From Eledone cirrhosa (lineage: Eukaryota): 64,000 nt of DNA. How positions within the stretch are numbered: position 1 is the first letter of the stretch; every line of letters starts with the position of its first letter. Below, in pieces: positions 53,477 through 64,000 of the stretch. The stretch is from the NCBI GenBank assembly GCA_964016885.1, contig OZ024742.1, positions 229,586,001-229,650,000 of the forward strand. The letters run 5' to 3'. The notes under the pieces were generated by a model. It made no database searches, was not told where the DNA came from, and saw only the letters and a program-made list of their open reading frames with translations. A program made the translations under genes and the position numbers.

Positions 53477-53570
53477 CCCAGACGGCTGAGCTCAAGCCGT
53501 TTCGACGGCTAATTCTGGAATAAATGAAAATTTTTATCCTGGTCTATGAATAGCCGACCTCCTCAGGGGG
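53477..53570 (-). ncRNA. Type I hammerhead ribozyme motif with extended stem II
   Basis: CCCC-CTGAGGA-GGTCGGCTA...TAGCCGTC-GAAA-CGGCT(tgagctc)AGCCG-TC-TGGG. Related copies at ~46980 and ~47596 read TC-GGGG. Confidence 0.78.
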
Positions 53571-53811
53571 TAATTCCATATATGGTAAAAGTGATTGTCA
53601 CAAGATTGGTCAAAAGTTTGTTGTTGAGACATATAATTCTATCATGGCAATTTGTGCAAGGAAGGGGTAGATGAACCTGCCAGTAGAAGAAAGAGGGAGA
53701 GGGAGAAGGAGTGGAGGAAACCCAGTCGTGCGTTGATAGTGCCAACTACAGCAGAGCAAGAGGTCAAGCAAGTATACTAGGGAGGGGAGGGGGTGGAAGT
53801 CGAATCTGTAG

Positions 53812-53940
<129 letters not shown>

Positions 53941-53942
53941 CA

Positions 53943-54400
53943 TATGTTAGTGGTGTTGATATTGTTGCATTTGTCATTTTTTTTTTTTTCGTTATCTGTA
54001 TATTCGTTGTCGCTGTTACTGTCATTTTTTTTCAAAATTAGATTTCTCATTGGTATGATTGGTATCTTTGTTTAGATTGTTCGTGGTGGTGTTTGTGTTA
54101 TCAATGTGTGTTAATTTCGCTGTAGCACTCCTCTCAACTTCTACGTCATTGTCGCACGACAGCCGACATATCGCTGGGGGGCATGGCTCAGCCATGTTTT
54201 TTTTTCTTCTTAAATTTTTTAACATGTAAAAAAAGTTCAAATATTTTGGCCTTTTGGCCCAAATATTATACTTTCCTCTTCGCGGGGTAAAGTCTAAGGG
54301 CTTATATCCCTTACACAACAAGAAATATTTAACAACAAATAATTTAAACAGGCAAATAAAGCGACTTACTGGGAGCGAGCAAAATACGTCCGCTTAGATC
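53943..54400 (-). mobile_element. 5' fragment of Tx1-A (5' UTR and start of ORF1)
   Basis: Reverse complement of 12011-~12466. Confidence 0.9.
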
Positions 54401-54604
54401 AATAATAATAATAATAATAATTGTTTATACTTTTGGCACAAGGCCACCAATTATCCCAGTGTGTTGTTGGTACTTTATTTTATCGACCCCGTAAGGATGA
54501 AACGTAAAGTTAACCCCGGCGGAATTTGAACTCAGACCATAAAGGGGCGTAACTCTTTACTGCAAAGCATGGCGTCCAACCCTCTACCGATACTGCCAAT
54601 CCAC
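54401..54604 (-). mobile_element. SINE with (ATT)n tail
   Basis: Reverse complement of the family consensus. Confidence 0.9.
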
Positions 54605-54638
<34 letters not shown>

Positions 54639-54881
54639 TTTTCTTTATTAACCACAAGGGTTCACATAAAGTAGACATTAAGGACAGTACAGGACAATAC
54701 AGGACGGTACAAATGGGCATTTCTGCGTGAAAAAAAAACAGAGGTTGAAATAAAATAACAAAGAAAAATTCCCCAATAGGGGGGAGACTTCCAAGGGACA
54801 TTTGTGGAGAAAGCCCATTAAAAGACCACAGTGGCCCTGACCACCAGGGCAAGTGCCCTCTCCCAGTTTTCCACCTTTAAT

Positions 54882-57800
54882 TTACAGACACATACTCAGA
54901 GAAGGCCCATTCATTCGGGCCATACTTGCTTCTCTCACCCATCTTTCAACAAAATGCTGGGAAGAGAGCACTTCCCTCTCTACCCTGATTTTCCTTTTCA
55001 AATGAAATTTGAAAAAGTTAATCAGGGCATCACCGAAGAGGTAAATGCTCGTCTTCAGCCCTTTCAAACGTGTCCACCATACTATCTCTTTCGCCATGGC
55101 CACCAGACAGATAAAAACTGCCTGCCCTTCCAGGCTAAAGGAAGGGGGCGGGGCAATCCTCACGATGGACTCAGCTGATAGCTGGATCCGTCCTACACGT
55201 GACAGCAGGTGTTCGACATAAACCCACAAGTCAGCAATGCTCGGACACTGGACGAGTGCGGGCAGGACGGTTTCGTCGCCCTGCGCGCATCTCGGACATG
55301 CCCGGCTGACGGCACCTCCATGCCTGTAGAGTTTATCCCGAACTGGCAAAGCTCCTCGGTAGCACTGCCAGGCCAGGGATTTCTGGAAGTTGTCCATAGG
55401 CCCCGGCCCGAAAGTCCTTCCGAAGAGATTGGCTAGTTGATTTTCGTCGACGCCTAGAGTTTCTCCAAGTACGTCGTCGCTCTTCCCCTCCACTAATCCC
55501 CTATAGAACGCCAAGGTGGAGTTTCCACCGATCACATTGCCCGATTGGTGGAGGGCTGTGAGCGCCTGAAGACATTCCAGTCTCCAAGCGCTCCCTCTCG
55601 GTCTTCGCTTGACCCAGGACTGCAGCTCCGTCAAGGAGACGAGCTGGGGAAAAACATGTCTTGCAAACGGCGACCACACCTGATCACCGTCGAGGAAGAG
55701 GTGGAGATGTCGTAGCCTGAGTGCGTGTCTGCGCATCATCAGCCACGGCATGCCCAGCCCTCCACGTAGCGGGTGTTGACAGCAGATGGACCGCCTGACC
55801 ATCGGAGCGCGTCCCTTCCACAAGAAGCGAAAGAGCAAACGCTCCAGCGCAGTCAGGCGGGGCTTAGGACAAGGTACGACGGTCAGGCGGTAGTAGATGA
55901 CGGATGCGATGTACGCGTTCGCCACCTCCGCTCGACCTTTCAGGGATAGCTTCCTCTCGGCCCATTTCTGGGTGAGAGAAGCCACCCTGCTCGTCACCTC
56001 GTCCCAGTTTTTGTCCGTCTGGAGGTCTGGACCGAACCAGACCCCTAGCAATTTAACCGGTCCGTCCGTCCAGCGCCCGACGACGCTGTTGGACGGCATG
56101 GACTTGCCTCTCCAGGTGCCGAGCTGCAGGCCCACTGACTTTTCCTGGTTGATCATTGCTCCTGTCACCGCTTCGTATTCTCTTAGTGTAGTGCCGATCG
56201 CCTCGATGTGTTTGGCGTTCGACACCACTACGGTGACATCGTCGGCATATGGTGACACGGATCTTCCGCATCCTAGTTCGGCGGGACCCCCCTCAACGTC
56301 TCCAGTTTGTGCAGTAATGGTTCGAGAGTCAATACGTACAATAGGGACGAGAGGGGACATCCTTGGCGGACCGAGCGCATGATGTTGAACGGTTCCGAAA
56401 GGTGACCGTTCACTCTCACTACAGAGCAGATGTCGCTGTGCATGGCAGCGATCCAGCCTCTGAAGACGGGCTCAAAGCCAGCCGCCCTCAGGACTGCCGC
56501 TAGGTAACGATGGTCGACCCTATCGAAGGCTTTCGACTGATCTAAATTGATCAAAGACCCACCCGTGCCAGGTTCCTTAGCTACCCTCTCTACGATGTAT
56601 CGCATGAGGTGGAGGTTGTCGTGGATGGATCTGTCGGGAATGGCGCATGTCTGTGCCTCTCCCACCAGACCACCAACGACAAGCGCGAACCTCTTTGCTA
56701 GCACCTTGGCCAAAATCTTGAACTCTGTGTTTAGCAGAGTTATGGGCCTAAAATTATCTATGTTATCCCCCTTGTTCGGATCCTTTCTCAGCAGCGCCAC
56801 CGCTCCTCGGCTCACAGAGCTGGGAATTCTCCCGTTCTGTTGCCAGTTGCAGTAGACGTCCGCCAAGAGGCCTCCGAACAAGTTTGGCATTTGTACGTAA
56901 AGTTCATAGGGCAGACCATCCAAACCAGGCGATTTACCCCTTGTGCAACTAGTCATTGCATCCCGTACTTCAGCGGTTGTTATCGGCTTTTCGCAACACT
57001 CCGCCTCAGTGGCCGAGAGCCGCGGCAGTCCGTCGAGGTAGACACTAAAGTCCATCCCTCGATCCGGCCCGCCACTGCCCCCGAACAGTTGAGCGAAGTG
57101 TCGCTGAAAAGCTTCACACATTTGCCCGGGATCGAGTAGCATGCGCCCGTCGTGGTCCACCAAAGACCGGATTGTGGCTTTGTTGCCACGACGCGCCTCC
57201 GCCACTCGGGCCCATTGAACGGCTTTCGTCCCCTCGTGTCTGAGAGCACGCACCCTAGCTCTGACAACGCAGCCTTCGTGCTTTGCATTGAAGAATTGGT
57301 CAAGGGCCAATTTCGCCGCAAGAACGTCGGTCGCGATGCCTTTGCTAAGCGCCTCATCTAATTTTCTAACTAATTCTCCCTCTGCTCTATTTTTCTCTAT
57401 TGCTAAAGTCTTACTAAACCTAATGGACTCTATTCTAATTGCTCTTTTCTTCAGAGCAAACCACCACTTGTCGTTGACGATGGCCCCCGTCAACGCCCGC
57501 TTAACTAGTTCGCTAATCCGGTCTCTGTAGGCCTTGCGCGCTGGTAAGGACGCGTTTAGCTTCCAGTAGCCGGGTCCTTGTCTATGAAGCCTATCTAAGT
57601 CAAGCACACAGATCACGAATTTGTGGTCCGTGTAGCTGACTATCTTGAATTGTGGACAGCCTATGCTAGACCTATCTATTTCCCTACAAAATACTCTATC
57701 TAGATATGATCTGGATGACCCTATGCGATTTGTCCAAGTCCACATTGGTACATTCGGGAAATCCATTCGGTACCTGTCAGACAGTTCAAAACGTCTGAGC

Positions 57801-58302
57801 AGGTTGGTGAGACTCTTGCACCCTCCTTCCCTATCCACTAATCCCACACAATACCAGCGTGCATCTAAGATCCCGTTCCAGTCGCCCACTAACACTAAAG
57901 AGCGGGACGTTCCAAGAAAGGTCTCCAGACGCCGGAAGAAATCAGGCCGCCCTGCTCCTGTCGGGGCATAGACTGCCACTAACCTGAAAGCTTGTCCGTC
58001 TCCGCTGGTCACGTCCAGCACCACCAACTTACCTTCTGGGTCCAGGAAGATGGCCCGTATGGCAGGATCCAAACCTCTCCGAAAAAGCACAGCAACTCCT
58101 CCCCCGATCCCGGACGGCTGGGAGATGCGTACACATCGTAGCCGCCGAAGATCGGTGCGAAAGCCTGTGCTTCGGAGATTCTGGTCTCGCTGATGGCCAC
58201 TACATCTATGTTTAGTGACCTGAGGTCGTTGAGCAGGTGGCCCTGCTTCCATGACGACCCCAAGCCACGCGCATTTATGCTGCCTATTCTGAGTGAGGTC
58301 AT
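54882..58302 (-). pseudogene. Tx1-B ORF2 (APE-RT-CCHC), two frameshifts
   Basis: Starts MTSLRIGSINARGL. Contains GDWN, YLDR, TDHK, KSPGLDG, QGCPLS, YADD and CPRC. Confidence 0.92.
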
Positions 58303-58336
58303 GTTGAAAAGGAGTGGAAAAGATGGGAAAGACCAC

Positions 58337-60165
58337 TTACCTTACTTCTCGTAGGGGAAGGGCGGCTTTTCCATCCTTTTCACTGCTTGTGGCCTCCTCA
58401 GGAAGGATGTCCTTATAAATCCTCCTGGAGAGTGCTTGTCGGAAGGTTCCGATGTCTTTGGGGAATTTTTGCTTTCGTGTCATGTACGTTTTCTGTGTGA
58501 TGCGAGGGATTTGTATGTGTGGAGGTGGTGTGAATTTTGGGGTTGTTGTGTAGTCTTTTTCTGTGATGCTGGTGTTCTGTTGGATGTAGTGTAATAATTG
58601 CTTGTTGTTCAAATTTAATGCTGTGTAGTGTGTATCGTTTTGGTTGTTTTGTTTTGTTTGCGTTTGTTGTGGGTTTGTTTCTGTTTCGCATTTTGGTGAC
58701 TTTTGTGGTGTAGGTGATGGTGGTGTTGGAGTTAATGATGGTGATGGTGTTGGTGTTTGGGTTGATGGGGTTGGTGATGCAGGTGTGGATGGTGGCATAT
58801 CTGTCCTAACTTTTTTGTTTCTTAGTTTATTTGTTTCCCTCTGTATTTTGTTTTTGGAGGGGGAAGGAAGAGAATTTTTTCTTTTTTGGTTTCTTTTTTT
58901 TTTTCCGGATATCGTTTCCCACTCCTCGTCGTCACAATCTGTCTCCAGTTGTGATAGGCCGGGGAGTGGAAAATCCTCCACAGCCGTTAGTTTTGGTTGT
59001 GGTGTGGTGGATGGTGTAGGCGCTGGTGCTAGTTCTGAAGCGTTGGGTGGTGGTGGTGTTGGTTTTGCTGGTGGTGGTAGTGGTATTGGTTTTGCTACTG
59101 TTGCTGGGGTTGTTGCTGTTATAGTTGCTTCTGTTGTTGCTGCTACAGTTGTTGCTGCCATCTCTGCTACTGGTGGTGTTGATGGTTGTGTCACTGGGGC
59201 GGGTAGGAGAGGTGGCCTCAACCTTTTAGCCTGAGGGCAGAAAGCCCTTAGGTGGGTTCCTTCACCACAAACGACACACCTAGGTCTTCTGCCCTCGACA
59301 ATTACCGTGAGGTGGCTGCCGTCAGTGAGGTCTATTACCTCTGGGATCTCCTCAATGCTTTTTTGGTCCGCTTGGATCAGGAGCTCCATCCCAGATCCGG
59401 ACCAGTTTTCCTGCTTTTCTTTTGCTACTGCTATTATTTTCATGTTGGCTTCGATGCCGGCGAGGACAGCCGCTATTAGCCAGGGAATTTCGATGGCCGG
59501 TGGAACGTGGGTCACCCTGATCTTTACGAGTCTCTGGCCACAATAGCTTGGGACGAGAGTGAGGTCGTCACTTTTTAATGGGGCCATGGAGTGTTCTCTA
59601 GCCTCCTCTGGTGTTTCAAAGAACACATCCACGGTTCCATACTTTTGCCCACGTCTGATGTGGGTTTTTCTTGCCCACACATGTCCCAAAGCTTTTTGGA
59701 TTTGGGACTCGGATGCCCGTTCCACTCGGCGCGATTTTACATTTATTGTTCTATACGACACGGTGCACAGGCGCCGATGCTCCATTTTATTAGGTGGGGG
59801 GGGGGGGGGGTGAGGCTGACCCTGTACCCATCTTTCTTTACCATTTGTTTGGAATTTTCTAAATCTTCTTGAGTTACCGTGAACGCTTCGAATTGTTTTG
59901 CTACGATGGCGAAACTGTGGGTCGGTTTTATAATGTCATTGTTGTTGTTGTTGCTATCGTTAATATTAAGTTTAGTTTCAGTTGTGGTGTTGGTGACGTC
60001 AGTCGTCTTTGGTGCGGAAGAGTCCATTTTGCTTGATTTCATTTCGACATCACGAGTTAATTTATTTTTTTTCTTCTTTTGTTTCTGTTGTCGCGGTGGT
60101 GGTGGGGGTGGTGGTTGTCGCGGTGGTGGTGGTGGTGGAGGCTTTAACACCTGCAGTCATTGGTA
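58337..60165 (-). pseudogene. Tx1-B ORF1 (gag-like CCHC knuckle, Pro/Thr-rich), frameshifted near a homopolymer at ~59793-59810
   Basis: GQKYGT and GRRPRCVVCGEGTHLRAFCPQ. The start is uncertain. Confidence 0.8.
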
Positions 60166-60540
60166 ATGGCGGGAAATGAATGTCTGCCTGAGACAAATTT
60201 AAAATATTGCTACTGCTTATATTTTTTTTTTGTGTTGGCAAACGTAGTAACATTTACAATGGTGGTGTCGGTGTGAGGTGTTATTTTGTGAGGAAGGCTT
60301 TCAGCTGCTTCGTGCAGAGGGGAATTAGCCATTTTTTTTCAAAGAAATTTTTGGATAATAATAAAAGTTAAAATGTTGGGCACAAGGCCCCAATCTTTTT
60401 GGGTGTCCTTTTCGGAAAACAATGTATGTGCGCTTATAAACAGTTAACAATAAAATTTTCCATAAATGACAATTTTTAACAAACGGAAATAACAAACCTT
60501 TGCGGAGCTAACGATGATACGATTTACTAAGTAGGTCGCC

Positions 60541-63500
60541 AATAATAATAATAATAATAATATTAATAATGATTTCTTTATTAACCTCAAGGGTTTACAT
60601 AAAGTAGACATTAAGGACAGTACAGGACAATACAGGGTGATACAAATGGGCATTTCTGCGTGTAAAAAAAACAAGAAACAGAGGATGTAATAATAGAACA
60701 ATGAAAAAATACCCCAATAGTGGGGAGACTCCCGAGGGACATTCGTGGAGAAAGCCCATTAAAAAGCCCCAGCGACCCTGACTACCAGGGCAAGTGCCCT
60801 CTCCCAGTTTTCCACCCTTAATTTACAGACACATACTCAGAGTAGGCCATTCACTCGGGCCATTATTACCTCTCTCACCCATCTTTCAACAAAATGCTGG
60901 GAAGAGAGCACTTCCCTTTCTACCCTGATTTTCCTTTTCAGATGAAATTTGAAAAAGTTAATCAGGGCATCACCGAAGAGGTAAGTGCTCGTCTTCAGCC
61001 CTTTCAAACGTGTCCACCATACTATCTCTTTCGCCATGGCCACCAGACAGATAAAAACTGCCTGCCCTTCCCGGCTAAAAGAAGTGGGCGGGGCAATCCT
61101 CACGATGGACTCAACTGATAGCTGGATCCGTCCCACGCGCGACAGCAGGTGTTCGACGTAAACCCACAAGTCAGCAATGCTCGGACACTGGACGAGTGCG
61201 GGCAGGACGGTTTCGTCGCCCTGCGCGCATCTCGGACATGACCGGCTGACGGCACCTCCATGCCTGTAGAGTTTATCCCGAACTGGCAAAGCTCCTCGGT
61301 AGCACTGCCAGGCCAGGGATTTCTGGAAGTTTTCCATAGATCCCGGCCCGAAAGTTCTTCCGAAGAGATTGGCTAGTTGATTTTCGTCGACACCTAGATT
61401 TTCTCCAAGTACGTCGTCGCTCTTCCCCCCCACTAATCCTCTATAGAACGCCAAGGTGGAGTTTCCACCGATCACATTGCCCGATTGGTCGAGGGCTGTG
61501 AGCGCCTGAAGACATTCCAGTCTCCAAGCGCTCCCTCTCGGTCTTCGCTTGACCCAGGACTGCAGCTCCGTCAAGGAGACGAGCTGGGGAAAGACGCGTC
61601 TAGCAAACGGAGACCACACCTGATCACCGTCGAGGAAGAGGTGGAGATATGGTAGCCTGAGCGCGTGTCTGCGCATCATCAGCCACGGCATTCCCAGCCC
61701 TCCACGTAGCGGGTGTTGACAGCAGATGGACCGCCTGACCATCGGAGCGCGTCCCTTCCACAAAAAGCGAAAGAGCAAACGCTCCAGCGCAGTCAGGCGG
61801 GGCTTAGAACAAGGTACGACGGTCAGGCGGTAGTAGATGTCGGACGCGATATACGCGTTAGCCACCTCCACTCGACCTTTCAGGGATAACTTCCTCTCGG
61901 CCCATTTCTGGGTGAGAGAAGCCACCCTGCTCGTCACCTCGTCCCAGTTTTTGTCCGTCTGGAGATCCGGACCGGACCAGACCTCGAGCAATTTAACTGG
62001 TCCGTCCGTCAAGCGCCCGACGACGCTGTTGGACGGCATGGACCTGCCTCTCCAGGTTCCGAGCTGCAGGCCCACTGACTTTTCCTGGTTGATTATTGCT
62101 CCTGTCACCGCTTCGTATTCTTTTAGTGTAGTGCCGATCGCCTCGATGTGTTTGGCGTTCGACACCACTACGGTGACATCGTCGGCATATGCTGACACGG
62201 ATCTTCCGCATCCTAGTTTAGCGCGGGACCCCCCCCCCCCCTCAACGTCTCCAGTTTGTGTAGTAATGGCTCGAGAGTCAATACGTACAAGAGGGACGAG
62301 AGGGGACAAACTTGGCGGACCGAGCGCATGATGTTGAACGGTTCCGAAAGGTGACCGTTCACTCTCACCACAGAGCAGATGTCGCTGTGCATGTCAGCGA
62401 TCCAGCTTCTGAAGACGGGCCCAAAGCCAGCCGCCCTCAGGACTGCCGCTAGAAACGATGGTCGACTCTATCGAAAGCTTTCGACTGATCTAAATTGATC
62501 AAGGACCCACCCGTGCCAGGTTCCTTAGCTACACTCTCTACGATGTATCGCATGAGGTGGAGGTTGTCGTGGATGGATCTGTCGGGAATGGCGCATGTCT
62601 GCGCCTCTCCCACCAGCCCACCAACGACAAGCGCCAACCTATTTGCTAGCACCTTGGCCAAAATCTTGAACTCTGTGTTTAGCAGAGTTATGGGCCTAAA
62701 ATTATCTATGTTATCCCCCTTGTTCGGATCCTTTCTCAGCAGCGCCACAACTCCTCGTCTCACAGAGCTGGGAATTCTCCCGTTCTGTTGCCAGTTGCAG
62801 TAGACGTCCGCCAAGAACCCTCCGAAAAAGTCTGGCATCTGTACGTAAAGTTCATAGGGCAGACCATCCAAACCAGGCGATTTACCCCTTGTGCAGCTAG
62901 TCATTGCCTCCCGTACTTCAGCGGCTGTTATCGGCTTTTCGCAACACTCCGCCTCAGTGGCCGAGAGCCGCGGCAGTTCGTCGAGGTAGACACTAAAGTC
63001 CATCCCTCGAGCTGGCTCGCCGCTGCCCCCGAACAACTGAGCGAAGTGTCGCTAAAAAGCTTCACACATTTTCCCGGGATCGAGTAGCATGCGCCCGTCG
63101 TGGTCCACCAAAGACCGGATCGTGGCTTTGTTGCCACGACGCGCCTCCGCCACTCGGGCCCATTGAACGGCTTTCGTTCCCTCATGTCTGAGAGCACGCA
63201 CCCTAGCTCTGACAACGCAGCCTTCGTGCTTTGCATTGAAGAATTGGTCAAGGGCCAATTTCGCCGCAAGTACGTCGGTGGCGATGCCTTTGCTAAGCGC
63301 CTCGTCTAATTTTCTAACTAATTCTCCCTCTGCTCTATTTTTCTCTATTGCTAATGCCTTACTAAACCTAAGGGATTTTATTCTAATTGCTCTTTTCAGA
63401 GCAAACCACCACTTGTTGTTGACGATGGCCCCCGTCAACGCCCGCTTAACTAGTTCGCTAATCCGGTCTCTGTAAGCCTTGCGCGCTGTTAAGGACGCGT

Positions 63501-64000
63501 TTAGCTTCCAGTAGCCGGGTCCTCGTCTATGAAGCCTATCTAAGTCAAGCACACAGATCACGAATTTGTGGTCCGTGTAGCTGACTATCTTGAATTGTGG
63601 ACAGCCTATGCTAGACCTATCTATTTCTCTACAAAATACTCTATTTGGATGACCCTATGCGATTTGTCCAAGTCCACATTGGGACATTCGGGAAATCCAA
63701 TCGGTACCTGTCAGACAGTTCAAAACACCTGAGCAGGTTGGTGAGGCTCTTGCGCCCTCCTCCCCTATCCGCTAACCCCACACAGTCCCAGCGTGCATCT
63801 AAGATTCCGTTCCAGTCGCCCACTAACACTAAAGAGCGGGACGTTCCAAGAAAGGTCTCCAGACGCCGGAAGAAATCAGGCCGCCCTGCTCCTGTCGGGG
63901 CATAGACGGCCACTAACCTAAAAGCTTGCCCGTCTCCACCAACTTACCTTCTGGGTCCAGGAAGATGGCCCGTAGGTGAGATCCAAACCTCTTCGAAGAA
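60541..64000 (-). mobile_element. Tx1-B copy 2 (ORF2 and 3' end; continues beyond the window)
   Basis: Closely similar to 54605-58085, with extra stops and small deletions. Confidence 0.92.

Larger units (their letters stand above)
54605..60540 (-). mobile_element. Tx1-clade LINE, subfamily B, copy 1, full length
   Basis: Starts GGCGACC after (TTA)n. Contains ORF1, ORF2 and a 3' UTR ending CCCTTGTGGTTAATAAAGAAAAAC(ATT)n. Confidence 0.9.

Noticed and set aside
56270-56300. Both Tx1-B copies break frame at the same RT position (also ~62215-62245): programmed frameshift?
   Set aside because: The lesions differ (a 1-bp loss vs homopolymer expansion plus insertion) and Tx1-A copy 1 reads through in frame. 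A mutation or sequencing hotspot is more likely.
55897-56382. Antisense ORFs recurring opposite the LINE ORFs
   Set aside because: These are expected shadows of GC-rich coding sequence, repeated only because the elements are repeated.

Overview
This is gene-poor animal DNA made almost entirely of retrotransposons and microsatellites. It is most likely octopod, inferred from the abundant tRNA-derived SINE family. I can support no host protein-coding gene. The window has two zones. (1) The ends (1-17.5 kb and 54-64 kb) are chains of Tx1-clade LINEs (two subfamilies), R4/Dong-clade LINEs (two subfamilies) and SINEs, mostly joined through (TTA)n/(TAA)n tracts. Tx1 and the SINE always read on the TTA strand and Dong on the TAA strand. 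The SINE 3' end resembles the Tx1 3' end. All three Tx1 ORF1/ORF2 junctions carry an AG|GTAAGT motif over the ORF1 stop. (2) The middle (18-53.6 kb) is a field of (TA)n tracts separated by short, mostly non-coding Penelope-like/retrozyme-like units with direct repeats, fold-back inversions and perfect palindromes. These carry seven type I hammerhead ribozyme motifs with an intact core, from five unrelated sequence families, plus degenerate ones. CRE-, HERO- and CR1/L2-like LINE remnants and a pogo-like MITE also lie here. Alignments and RNA folds were done by eye, so boundaries are approximate and clade names rest on recalled motifs, not database searches.
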